Shown: positions 46,444-59,378 of the stretch, piece by piece
How positions within the stretch are numbered: position 1 is the stretch's first letter
Layout of the letters: each line of letters opens with the position of its first letter
NCBI RefSeq assembly: GCF_035594765.1
Contig: NC_085842.1
Location: 43,500,782-43,564,781, forward strand
DNA length: 64,000 bases
DNA from: Anolis carolinensis
Lineage: Eukaryota
Direction: 5' to 3'
Notes under the pieces: model-generated
Database searches by the model: none
What the model saw: only the letters and a program-made list of their open reading frames with translations
Told to the model about the DNA's origin: nothing
Position numbers and translations under genes: made by a program

Positions 46444-47906
46444 CTACAGTCTCATATTTTGGACTTTTTATGAAGAATGCAGGCATGATTAGCCATTCGA
46501 ACCACTTGCTTGCCTTTTTGGAAGTCCAAACTATCCAGGGCACTGTCCTTCAGTCCCACATTTCAAATGAGTTGATTCTCTTCTTGTTTGGTTTTCATAA
46601 CTATACCTAGAAATCAGACAGTAGGGTGAAGACAGTAGGGTGAAGTACCTCATATTTTTGGACTGTGGGGACGGGAAAGCTTAACAGAAAATTTTCTGAG
46701 TATGGCTTATGGGAAGCTGTAGACTGAACAAGCCTCATGCAATTTTATAGAAAAACTCAACTGACATATTTTAGAAAAGCTTAAAGGCAATACATTCTCC
46801 CCCATGCTGGTCCTTGGGCACATAACCATATGTTATGAAAACCGTGTATTTATGCATTCAGCAACTGAAGTTGGAAAGGCATTGCAATACATACATTCTG
46901 TTTTTCTTCTTTATAAGCTCTGTACAGAGATGACAAACAATAAAGAAATATGTGAATTAGAATTCTGTTGAGCAGATAGGGGAAAGAGCCATGCTAAGAG
47001 CATAAGTCACTGGAAATTTCAGAGTCTGTCAATGTTTAAAGAGAAGGAATCATGAATCACTCTGTGGAGTATCCTCTATGTAACCTCTTGACTTTCAGGT
47101 GTGAACTACCAAAATGGTACATTTTGTCATTCCTAGTACAGCGTATCTATTTATCCATATTGAAAAATCTTTAACTACTCCCAGCATTGCCAGGTGTGTG
47201 TACCTCTTTGACAGCTATGACCAATACCATATATTGGTACAAATGCAATGCAAATGTTTCACATAATGCAACTGCTAATAAAAATGTGGTATATGTGGCC
47301 ATTCTAAAATACATAGAGAAGAAGAGCTGTCATTTTTCCTATTAGCTTTGCACTTTTTTCAAAGCAAATATGAGTCATAAGACAGACATTTTCCTAGTGT
47401 TATTGGATCACCTTTAGATCTGATTTCCAAAGATATCATACTTTAAGAGGGTAAGCTTTAGTATCCTGAATCTTCATAAAAGGTTTTTATTTTATTTTTG
47501 GCCTAGTCCTGTCTTAAGGCATAGTGAAGAAACATTTATAGGAAATACATTCTTCCTTCCCTCTTTTTATTTTACCATTTTTCATTAATTTAGTTTGCCA
47601 TAGAGCACAGTTTGCTGTTTAAATTCAGGCATCAGTGGACTAAATTCAAACATATGTAGAAATGGGAAATATGGTGGCATGGATCTGCCTGACTTTAGCA
47701 TTCAATTATTTACCTTAGCACTTTAGGATTTTGTCTAGTTCCTTTGTAGGTCCTCCAAGTCCTAGTCTTCTGATTTCTTGGGTGCAGTCTGCATTCTGAT
47801 TTATGACTGTATGGGAAATCTTGAATTGTTTCAATGTCTTCATCATTTACTTTAAAATTGTGTTAGTCATCTATGGTCATTATTTTTCTTTTCTTAATGT
47901 TTCAAT

Positions 47907-48214
47907 GGAGCCCTGGTGGTGTAGCGGGTTAAACCGCTGACCCAAAGGTTGGGGTGTGAATCCAGGGAGCAGGGTGAGCTCCCACTATTAGCCCCAGCTT
48001 CTGCCAAACTAGGAGTTCAGAGACATATAAATGTGAGTAGATCAATAGGTACTGCTCCGGGAAGGTAACAGAACTACATGCAGTCATGCCAGCTACATGA
48101 CCTTGGAGGTGTTTATAGACAACACCGGTTCTTCGGCCTAGAAATGGAGATGTGCACCAACCCCCACAGTTGGGAACGACTAGACCTAATGTCAGGGGAA
48201 AACCTTTACCCTTA
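47907..48214 (+). mobile_element. Sauria SINE
   Basis: Head, body and tail; taatgttt on both flanks. Confidence 0.9.
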
Positions 48215-49964
48215 CTAATGTTTAACTGTAAACCTACCTTTGTACTTTCTGCCTTACCTTTCTTCAGTAATTGTTCTGAGTCTTTTCATTTTCTGCTAGT
48301 AGTATGGTTATCTGTACATCTGGCACATTGGGAAATAATATTTCCCACTGGTCCCCACATCAGAAAACCCAAGAAACCCTATTCTAAAGAATAGCTAATT
48401 AGAATTGATCAGCAGTGGCTGAATCTGCTCCATGTTTCTGTTCAGACTAGCCAATGAGCTAATTCTGTCTCCAAATAAATTCAGTATCTTAGATAGCTTT
48501 TTAAAAGCTCCAGAATAAAGTTCAGAGTGGCCATGTCAGCTCAACATGCTCAAAGTTACCCCATATTGAGACCATGATTTCTTATTTTTTTCCATTTTGT
48601 ACTAGTCTTATGCCTGAGACTAAAATGTACAGATAATCAAAATATTAAGAGGATAGGGACTATGCCTGATGATGTTGATCTCCCTTTTTCTAGACGCAAA
48701 GCATACACATATGCACCTGGCTCTATCCATAACAGCTGATCAAGAAATGAAACTAGTCCAGAACATATGATCTTGCTCCTTTTCTCCATGCAGTAAGTAT
48801 AATTACATTTCAGTTGTCAATGTGTGATTAATGCGGCAACAATCAGGAAACAAGAATGGACCAGAGGGACACTAGATACATTATTTTCATAAGAAACTTT
48901 ATTGTTACATTGGGAAGAACTAGATTTAAGGCTGTGGAGGAGGATTTTGCCCTTCATTAATTTCTGCTGGCAATGTGAATGAGTTGGGAAAAACAACAAA
49001 TACATATGGAAGGATGCCACATGTGGTCTGTCTCAAGTGGTATCTGGCCTCACTAGATAATATGGCATCCTCTGGACCTCATTTTTGGGCTTCATGGGAT
49101 GATAGTGATCCTGGGATAGAGGAACTTTCTGTAGTTCTCTTGTCATAGACAGATTACCACCACTCTGTTGACAGTATGTCCCAGGTCATTGAAAAACATT
49201 CAGTATTCCTTTCTGTTGGGTAAGTTGGATCCAATTGTGGTCACTTTGTGGATACCAAATATCAAATGGTGGACCCATTTTTGGTTATTGTACCCCATCC
49301 TGTCCCAGGCCAAATCCTTTCTGTAGAGTCTGGAAGCATTTAGAGTAAATGCGGGAGGGGAGACAATGGCGAGGGGGGGGCAGAAACTATACAAAAAAGG
49401 GGGGGGGAATCCCTCCAAATTGCTGCCTCGCTATTTGGCTTGTGTATACCTTCCTACAGACATTTTGTAATACAACCTGTAATTTTTCTAGCATTATAGT
49501 ATCAGTGTTTTAGCTAGCCTGTTATCCCTTCTTTGCCTACTGTTGCAGAAAATTCAATTTGTTTCCTCAACTTCCTGAGAATCAACCCAAATAACACATT
49601 TTAGAGGTATACCTTTGTTTTGTCAGCAAGGTTCTTTAGTGGTTTTCAGTTTCAGAAGTGCATGCAACCACATGGCTGAGTTTTTTTTTCTCTTCTTTAG
49701 ATATTCCATTTCTATTCTAGGTTTTGAACTATACCTCGTTCTTATAATTCCATTTGTTCACTAGGTAGGTGATGCTGCAAGAAACTTCTAATGTTGAATT
49801 ACAAAAGCCTCAACTGTTCTTAGAAATTTGTGGCATACACAAAAGGCAATGCTTGCTTCTAACCAACTTAACACTTATCTGACACTACAAACATAAAGTG
49901 GCTACATCTATGGACTTCCTTATTTCAGTGTGTGCAGCCAGTGTGTTTATACTTCAGAAGGTGG

Positions 49965-50335
49965 TCCACGCCACGGTGGTCCATGCCTTAGTTACATCTC
50001 GAATGGACTATTGTAATGCACTCTATGTGGGGCTACATGGGGCTGCTTCTGAAAACAATCCAGAAGCTTCAATTAATACAAAGATCAGCAACAATACTGC
50101 TTATACTTACAGGGGCAGAACATACTGCCCCCCCCCCCCCACCTTAAAGCAGCTCCATTGGCTACCAATTTGCTTCCGGGTCCAATTCAAAGCTATATAT
50201 GCCTCAGATCCTGACTATTTACGTGACCACATCTCTCCCTATGAACCTGGACTTTAAGATCAGTAGGGGAGACCCTCTTCTCTATCCCACGTCCCTCAAA
50301 AGTGAGGTTGGAGGGGATGAGGGAGAGGGCCTTTT
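49965..50335 (+). mobile_element. L2 LINE fragment
   Basis: VVHALVTSRMDYCNALYVGL...LKQLHWLPI. Confidence 0.8.
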
Positions 50336-50357
50336 AAGTCTCATGTGGAAAACATAA

Positions 50358-50402
<45 letters not shown>

Positions 50403-50404
<2 letters not shown>

Positions 50405-51039
50405 CACAAATACCATCTGCCTGCGACAAAGAACTGGTAGGATCACAAGCCGGAAAAACTTACAGAGAATGAACTTGTCAAGCTACTCTGGGACTTCCGA
50501 ATTCAGACAGACAGAGTTTTGGAGCACAATACTCCTGACCTCATAATCGTGTTAAAAAACAAAGCATGGATTGTCGATGTTGCAATCCCAGGGGACAGCA
50601 GGATTGAAGAGAAACAACTAGAAAAGCTGACACAATGAGGATTTAAAGATCAAATTGCAAAGACTGTGGCACAAGCCAGTCAAGGTGGTCCCAGTGGTGA
50701 TCGGCACACTGGGTGCAGTGCCTAAAGACCTTGGCCTGCACTTAAACACAATCGGCGCTGACAAAATTACCATCTGCCAGCTGCAGAAGGCCGCCTTACT
50801 GGGATCTGCATGCATTATTCGCCGATACATCACACAACCCTAGACACTTGGGAAGTGTCCGGCGTGTGATCCAGTACAACAGCCAGCAGAGTGTCTGCTG
50901 TGGGCTCATCTTGTTATGTTTCAAATAATAATAATAATCACACAGTCTTATACACTTGGAAAGTGTTTGACTTGTTATTTTGTGATATGAAATCCAGCAT
51001 ATATATTTCATTTGCTGTGTCATACTATGTCTTTGTATC

Positions 51040-51040
<1 letters not shown>
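50403..51040 (+). mobile_element. Dong/R4-clade LINE 3' end plus a second 3' tail, in a (TAA)n array
   Basis: LLWDFRIQTDR..HNTPDL..IVDVAIPGD..LQRLWHKPVKVVPVVIGTLG restriction-like endonuclease remnant; flanked by (AAT)n at 50360-50402 and (CAA)n at 51038-51083. Confidence 0.85.
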
Positions 51041-51083
<43 letters not shown>

Positions 51084-52332
51084 CTTTATTTTTGTACCCC
51101 ATTTCCATCTCCCTGACGGGGCTCAGGGCAGGTTACATATGGCACAAAATACCTAAAACAACACATAAAATAAATGCACTGTTCAATAAAAAAGTAAAAC
51201 CAATAGCATATAAAACAACAATTTAAACTCAGAACAGCGCCCAATAACCTATGATGACAACAGTGGTAAAATATGGTCAACTGCAAAGAAGAACAAGAGA
51301 ATGGAATAGTGCAGATTGTAGCTAAGGAACAAGGGCATGGGATGAAAGTGCTGGTGCCATTTGCTGCTCTATCTCAGGAAGAAGAATGTCTTATGTTGGT
51401 TCTGTGGAGGATGTTATTCCATCACCCATTGTGAATTCAGCTGTTGGTCCAGTTGCTTTCAATAGGTGGGATGGGAAAGAGTTTGTCATCTTGCCTATCA
51501 CTTCAAGCAGAAAAATGTCTTGCCCCAGCCCTGGCTGGCTGGGGAATAAAAGGCTACAGCAGAACTGTAAAAGCACAGCAGCTAATATATTTTTAAATGA
51601 GCAAAAATTGTCAAGGGATTGTCCCTGAGATCAATAGACTGATTCAGCCTTGGGTGTTTCACAACAGTCGTACTTCTCCCTTCCCCAATAAAACTTTTGT
51701 ACCTCACCCAAGTTTTTTTTTTTATTACCAGACCCAAGACGCTGAGATAACAGTACAATGCGCTATGGGGGCAAGTGGCTAAGAGGGTGGGGGAGGGTAA
51801 AATTTGGTTGGAAAAAATGTTGTAATAACTTATTATGGAAGTGAAATGCCAATGCATCTAATGTGCATCCGCCCACTCCTTTTAGTACCAGTTAGTTTTT
51901 TTTTCAGGTTTCACATTGCATTGCATCCTGCTGCCTCTGCAATCTTGATAGGTTTTGGCCTATTTTTCTGCCAGCATCAGGACAATAAAGCTGTCAGCAT
52001 CATTACTGGTCCATCTTTCATGGCTGGCAAGTTATCTAGTGAGGACTATAACCTCCTGTCTGCTCCTTTGTATAACATAAGTATCCTGTCTTAACCCAAC
52101 AGAATTTAAATACTCTTTAAATACAAAGCATGTGCCAACATATGTCCATGATCCAACAAAAATAACATATTTCTCAAATATATCAATCTTCTATTTGTGA
52201 CAATAGGGGAGAAACATCTATATTAAAGCTGAATATGTATTGGCAGATTGTGAGGAATGCCATATAGCTGTAGAATTCAAATATGCCAAGGTGAAAGAAA
52301 AATGACTCCTGCTTTTAAGCCCAGAGAAGTGC

Positions 52333-52458
52333 TTTGAGGATGCCTGCCATAGATGTGGGCAAAACCTCAGGAGAGAATGCTTCTGGAACATGGCCATACA
52401 GCCTGGAAAACACACAACAACCCTGTGATTCTGGCCATGAAAGCCTTTGACAACACAT
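52333..52458 (+). mobile_element. Penelope-like terminal-repeat fragment (hammerhead core mutated)
   Basis: Homologous to 30927-31046. Confidence 0.8.
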
Positions 52459-53665
52459 AATGGAGGGGTTTTAGACATAAAGATGGTATGGTCTATAGAG
52501 AAAGTGGGTGGAGAACCTCCGTTCTATAACACTGGTGAGAAACCATCCCAAGTTAATAACATTATACCATTATTATTGAAAAAAGGAATCAGTTATAAAG
52601 AACTTGTTATCTGTTACTAGATGGGGTCACAGGGGTTTGTTTGTTTGGTAGGTTTAAGACTTAATTAACAGAGAATCTTTTAGGCAATTTAGACCATCAT
52701 GATGTGTTCATATGGAAGATGCTACATATACAGCCGAAAACATCATATATGAGTGTGTGTGTGTTTGTGTATCCCTGATATTTCACACTTCCCTGTTTGG
52801 AAATCTTGACAAATGGAAATCAGTATTGGAATATGCCTATGTTAAGGACACCAGGGATATTATTCTGTATGACTTGTGCAAATTTGTTGAGGTTTGTCCT
52901 AACGCTTGAGTGGCTCAGTCCTTCAAAAATAAGGGCAATGGAAGAACTAGCCACCACATTGCCGAGCATGAAAATAGCCACCCCATTGCAATGGACTATT
53001 GATAACTACCTGTGGTATTTAATGCACTAAATCTCTGGTATCTCATTTTCCTGACAAAGATAGTAATGGGATCCTAATATCCTACCATATTTTTCTAAAG
53101 GATTGACAAATGGTATAACTCAGATGTTGAGTGATGGGAGTTTAAAGATTGGATTTCATACTGGCAATATAACTGAATGGGTTATTGCAATTTTCGGCCA
53201 AATAAATTGTTCTTTCTGAAGCAAACAAATGCACGGTGCAGAACACTGAGGCTTTGATGTAGAGCTCTGTAAACAAAAATAAAACACGGCGGCTGGTTTG
53301 AATGTATTCTGCTTCTTCAGCTAATGGGATTCCATAATCGTCCGAGGTTTAGGCAGGCTGGCTTTATCAGCCCAAAGCATCTTTGATCGAGGAATGGCGG
53401 AAGCCAATCAAATGCTAACACAATATCCAGACAGATAAATTGCAGTGTAAAAGACATTTGGGCTACATATTCTTCTCAAAATAATTTATTCTTGAAATAA
53501 AATGGGCAGCCAATACATTTGTGGCTCCAAAGTTGCAATTGTTTGTTTGGGATTTTATTTAGCAGACCACAAAGGGAAAAACACAGTATGGGGAAATTTG
53601 TCAGTTCCATAAAAAGAGAAGCAGTTTTTTTCCATGACCATCAGAATATTTAATCACATTTCTGT

Positions 53666-53949
53666 GTTGTCGAAGGCTTTCATGGCCGGAATTACAGGGT
53701 TGTTGTATGTTTTCTGGGCTGTATGGCCATGTTCCAGAAGCTTTCTTTGGGAAAACTAAGAACAGAAGGTTTATATATCTATGGAAGGTCCAGGATGGGA
53801 GAAGAACTCTCATCAGTTGGAGGCCAGTGTGAATTTTCCCATATACCTCACAACCTTTGAGGATGCCTGCCATAGATGTGGGTGAAACGTCAGGAGAGAA
53901 TACTTCTGGAACATAGCCATACAGCCTGGAAAACATACAACAACCCTGC
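53666..53949. mobile_element. Penelope-like element with inverted terminal repeats
   Basis: Inverted arms; 14-bp TSD aatcacatttctgt (53652-53665 / 53950-53963); near-intact hammerhead ttgaggatgcctgccatagatgtgggtgaaacgtcagg. Confidence 0.82.
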
Positions 53950-55976
53950 AATCACATTTCTGTTTGGTTTTTTAAATGCACTGTCTCTGACATGGCAAGA
54001 ATGACTAAAAGAAAATGCTGAAATGGTAAAGGATTATTCACTTAGAGTTTGAATTTTTTCCTCCAAATCCTCAGGGACAATGTATACATATATATCTCAT
54101 CAATTTTCTCTAAGATTGACAGTCCTCAGGGCCTGGACCTGAGTTTCCAGTTTTTGTGGATCATCTCCAGTTTTGGTGAGCTCTGCTCCAGGCAAAGACA
54201 TGCATTCAGAAACTTTTTACTATTTCCAAACTTTTTGTGACCCCAACATTGAGCAAAGGGGTCAAGACCCCATTTGGGTTCAGGACCCACAGATTAAGAA
54301 GCAGTTAGCACCAGAGATCAACAATTCTCAAGGCTCAGTGGATGGATTGAAGAAACTTGGAATACTCAGGAGGTCCATGCATTTTTGTAGTCTGCGTCCT
54401 CTTTCCTCTGTAGTTCCATTGTGGTACCAGGGATCACCCTCTACTCTGCGCAACTCTGCATGAATTTTCTGCCTAGATGCAAATATGATAGATTAAATGT
54501 TCCTTATTATGTCTCCCTAAATAAGTGAGAAGGAATAATATCCTCATTTCGCCTTGATTTTGGAACAGCTTCTCTAGTTAATTGTTCTGCCTAAATTTCT
54601 AAGCAGAAAAGATATTGTATTTGTATACATGTATGTAAGCAACAATGGTTGATATTTAATGTGTAATGTTTAGTTTTACTGTGTTAGATTTAGTGTTAGA
54701 TTAACATTATGTATGTACAACAATTAAAAATGCATATATAATTAAGTAGCTGATGTAAAATATTGGTGCTGTGGGTGCAAAGATAAATCTAACTTCATAT
54801 AATCTTCAAACATGGAGACTTGAAAAAGGCCATAAACAATTGCTCACATGTCGACCAGTGCTCTGACCAAAGGGGCAAAATCCTAATTGTTCATCCCACC
54901 AAATTGCAAATTTCAAAACAACAATAACAACACTATTTTTTAATTGGCCACCTGTCCTTATGGCTCAAGGTAGGGCAAAACATAGTTAAAATTCATCATA
55001 CTAAAATACATTCCTTAAAAGTACATATTTAAACATACATAGGTTAAAATACATAGAACAAAATTAAAACTATAAATATAGAATGTGATTTTTAAATCCA
55101 TAGTTAAAAATGATGTTTCTTTAGCACAGCATTTATGGAGAAACATGTGAAGTTGTAGACAACCAGATGTCGCTCCCATCACAGTAAGCAAATGTATCCC
55201 CAAAATCATGAATGATGGTCTGACAAAACATCTGAAGGGTCACAAGGGCTTTGCCCATAGTTGAATAGCTAATTTTAGTTAAGGTAGGATATAAATACAT
55301 TTTCCAGGTTTCCATCCAGTCAAGACTAAGACCATCTGCAAAGAGGATAGACAAGATTTTATCCTATTATTTTATTTTACAGTGATGGTATCTTGAGTTG
55401 AAATCGGTGGTGATAAATCGCCTGCCCTTTATACTTGGAGCATTCATTGGGGTGTTTGGTTGTTTTTCTCCCTTCAGGCCTTGTTTATGTTCAACTGATT
55501 TCATCTAATCTCTCGCCCCATTCCTGCACCTACACTGCCACTTGCAGATCCTAATCACAGCTTTGATCTCAGAGGAAATGTTATCATTTAGAAACAGAGG
55601 AAAGAGGGTGAAGGTCAAGAGGGAGAAGAGAAATATTTATTTATGGCAATTAACCCATTGTTAGTCCACCTGTAATGAGGGACCATCATTTCAAAGGAAA
55701 GAACAATGTCCTAAATTATATTACAAATCCCAGTTATGATAGAAATGGAATTCTATAGATGGTTTAATGAGTCTACCTTAGCTAGGATTGTCCAATATAG
55801 GATTCCATATTCACCCACTGTCTTGATTTGGCAGAGACAGTTCAGATTACAGTCAGCCTTCCATTCACTGGGGTTAAGGAAATTTTCACTGGGGTGAAAG
55901 TGAAAAATGACAAATAAATAATACATCTCTAGGAATTTCTAGTTTTTTCAGAACATCTTTACGATCAACCTTCAAT

Positions 55977-56248
55977 GGAGCCCCTGATGGCGTAGTGGAC
56001 TAAAGCCTCATGACTTGAAGGTTGGGTTGCTGACCTGAAAGCTGCCAGGTTCGAATCCCACTCGGGGAGAGCGCGGGGTCCCTCCATGCAGGGACCCATG
56101 CAGGGACATGAGAGAAGCCTCCCACAAGGATGGTAAAAACATCAAAACATCCGGGCGTCCCCTGGGCAACGTTCTTGCAGACAGCCAATTCTCTCACTCC
56201 AGAAGCGACTCAAGTTGCTCCTGACACAAAAAAAACAAACAAAAAAAA
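55977..56248 (+). mobile_element. AnolisSINE2-like SINE
   Basis: tggcgtagtgg A box, ggttcgaatcc B box, gttgctcctgacac(A)n tail. Confidence 0.9.
56101..56196 (+). ncRNA. HDV/CPEB3-like ribozyme fold inside the SINE (more decayed copy)
   Basis: P2 56109-56116 / 56189-56196, P3 56117-56119 / 56154-56156, P1 3' strand 56157-56163, GGGCAAC 56164-56170, GCCAA 56184-56188. Confidence 0.55.
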
Positions 56249-57969
56249 CCCCCTGGAAACTGACCATAGAATCACATTAGAGGACCTCGAGATTCCTAGA
56301 GAGCTGTTCTCTCTAGGAATCTCTATGTTCACCAGCATGACTGGGGGAACTTACATATAGCCAATGGAAGAACCTAGAGGTGACATTTTCATTCAAATCT
56401 GTGTCTAATCAAATCTACAAAAGTCAAATCTGGAGCTCTGGAAGGTTGACTGTAATTCACACTTTAGCAACTTAGAGGAGAGAAGGGAAAGGCTAGAATC
56501 TCTTTTCATAGTAGGCGCAGGCGAAAGCAAATTGCTGCAGTCTCTTCTAGTTTGTATCTTGTCCCTCATTAACACATTTTGACACCTTGACTATGCTGTG
56601 ATGTAACTTGGCCATGGCATGGGATGGAGAAATTTTCCTATGTCTCCATCTTGCGAAAGGAAACCTTCACTGGCTCATTGATACTTCTGCCAGTAAAGTG
56701 ACCCCATTATTTATGTATTACTTATGCTTAAAAATAGGGAAGCAATTCTGCAAGACAATGGTATAGCTCTTCTATGAACCCCTTATTTTCTTTTCCAATA
56801 AAAGAGGGGAGAGAAGTCACTATGAAAATGGATCCAAGTGATTTCCTGCCCTTGGTGCAGTTACTGCTGGGTGTTGCTGACTGAGTTATGAGTTCTTAAA
56901 AGATGAATGCCCCATTAATCTGCCACCAGTTACTGTTAAAAAGTCTGGTAACCTTCCAACATTAATAACCTTTGCTGTTTCAACCACACTCTGATGATAC
57001 CTCCACATATGCCCGAATATTCATCTGTGAAATGTTGGAGGTTATAGGATTCAGTTTCTCTCTCCCCAAATGGTAAAAGTGAAGGTCCATTCTCATATAA
57101 ATTTGTTTATTGAATAAGGAGCAACAAGGCTGAAATGGATCTGGAATACCATTTCTGCTTCAAAAAACATGCAGGTGGAACAGCTCTATGTGCTATGAGA
57201 AGACTTTGTGGTGTAAGCCACTTCAGGTCATAACACATTGCCAGGTGGATGAAACTTAGGCTGGCTTAAAGTATGCACAAGACTTAAATTAGGTAAGATT
57301 CAAAGCATTCTATAGCATTAGCAATTTGCTTCTTCTCTGTTCCACATGGCACGGAGTATTTAGATGCTTGTGTGCATGTTTGCTTATTTATTTATTTGAT
57401 TGAATTAGGGCACTAGTAGAGTTCTGAGTAGGTTCAGGTCAAGGCACTTATATAATACATCTGCATTAGACCTCAGATAAATTACTATTTGGACTATAAG
57501 AAACCCCTCACCAACATGACTACTGACCAAGCCTCTCATTTTATTGAAGGCAATGGTACATGGTACATCAACCTCCATGGCAAATCGGCAGGGCATGTGG
57601 GGAAGCATTGTCACATGTGGGAAAACATCACCACATGGCTTCACCATACTAGCCCCATTGTTCCTAATAGAACACAGAAAGACTCCTGTGTTGCCGGTGC
57701 AGCATCATAGGATGCTTCTGCCCCAGTTGAGTCAAGGAGCTCCTCTGGAAGTGAGGCTACATCATCTGATGGGCAGCGTGGGGGTCCATAGGTCAACTGG
57801 GACAGAAAAATACTATGATGCTGAAAATCAGTTGTTTGATGAAGTCCTTAGTTTACCTCGCCTTTCAGTTTCTTGCTTTCCAAGGTCTTGGCCTTTTGAC
57901 AAATCTAAATGATAGCCATGTATCTCACTTTCAATCTCTAACCATCTCTCATCTGTTTGTAGTCTGGTA

Positions 57970-59005
57970 CGTGCCTTTCCCTCCTCTCTTGCCCCGCGCA
58001 TGCCTTTCCTGCCTCCACCCTCGCCCGGTACGCACCTTCCAAAGCTTTGCTTGTTTATAATAGGTTTTTTTAATTATTAGTTAATTAATAATTAATTATT
58101 AAAGGGTGCTTTGCTAGTACTTTTGGTGCACAAAGGCAGAAGGGGGTTGGACTAAATGGCCCAAGGGGTCTCTTCCAACCCTTATTATTATTATTATTTA
58201 CTGACACAACAACATAGTATGACACAGCAAACAAGATAGATATGCTGGATTTCGTATCACAAAATCACAAGTTGAACACTTCCCAAGCATTTAGGACTGT
58301 GTGATGTATTTTCGGATGATGCGCGCAGATCCCAGTAAGGTGGCCTTTTGCAGTTGACAGATCGTAATTTTGTCAATGTTTATTGTTTTCAAATGTCGGC
58401 TGAGATCTTTTGGCACAGCACACAGTGTGCCAATTACCACTGGGACCACCTGTACTGGTTTCTACCAGAGTCTTTGCAGTTCGATTTTGAGGTCCTGATA
58501 GTAGCTGAGTTTTTCCTGTTGTTTTTCATCAATCCAACTGTCACCTGGGATGGCGACATCAATAATCCAAATCTTTTTCTTTTCCATGACTGTGAGGTCT
58601 GGTGTGTTGTGTTCCAGAACTTTGTCAGTCTGGATTCAGAAGTCCCACAGTATCTTTGCATGTTCATTTTCCATTACCTTTGCAGGTTTGTGATCCCACC
58701 AGTTCTTTTCTACTGGGAGGTGGCACTTGTGGCATACATTCCAATGAATCATTTGGGCCACATAGTTGTGCCTCTGTTTGTAGTCTGTCTGTGTGATTTT
58801 CTTACAGCAGTTGAAGATATGATCAATGGTTTCGTCACCTTCCTTGCACAGTCTGCATTTTGGGTCATCAGCTGATTTTTCTATCTTGGCCTTAATTGCA
58901 TTTGTTCTGATGGCTTGCTCCTGGGCTGCAAGGATCAGGCCTTCTGTCTCCTTCTTCAGTGTCCCATTTGTGAGCCATAGCCAGGTCTTCTTCTTATCAG
59001 CTTCA

Positions 59006-59062
<57 letters not shown>

Positions 59063-59378
59063 ATTGAGGCTGGGGGGGCATTTGTCAGGGGTGCTTTGCT
59101 TCAGCTTTTGGTGAACAAAGGCAGAAGGGGGTTGGACTAAATGGCCCAAGGGGTCTCTCCCAACCCTCTTTATTATTTTTATTATGATTATTATGATTAT
59201 TAACATTGTAGCTGTATTTGTTCCCATTTTGTTTTTTGTTGTTTTGCTTCAAAATAAGATATGTGCAGTGTGTATAGGAATTTTGTTTTTGTTTTTTTAA
59301 AAAAACCTATAGTCCGGCCCTCCAATGGTCTGAGGGACCGTGAACTGGCCCCCTGTTTAAAAAGGTTGGGGACCCCTG
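57970..59378. mobile_element. hAT-Charlie (OC1-like) non-autonomous element, split by a Dong/R4 insertion
   Basis: Right end ...gtgaactggccccctgtttaaaaaggttggggacccctg; repeated CR1-tail-like module at about 58103-58185 and 59088-59170; left end not identified. Confidence 0.6.
58200..59004 (-). mobile_element. Dong/R4-clade LINE 3' part in a (TAA)n array
   Basis: ETEGLILAAQEQAIRT, CRLC...H..C knuckle, RHN and ILWDF motifs; (TTA)n on both sides. Confidence 0.88.

Larger units (their letters stand above)
55848..56454. mobile_element. Tigger-like MITE hosting a SINE
   Basis: TIRs tacagtcagccttcca / tggaaggttgactgta. Confidence 0.7.

Noticed and set aside
46445-46665. Degraded RTE/BovB-like fragment with possible inversion
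   Set aside because: Too short and diverged to define orientation or boundaries by eye.
55977-56062. tRNA gene (also the heads of Sauria SINEs)
   Set aside because: A/B boxes belong to SINE heads; no proper cloverleaf, and followed by SINE body and tail.
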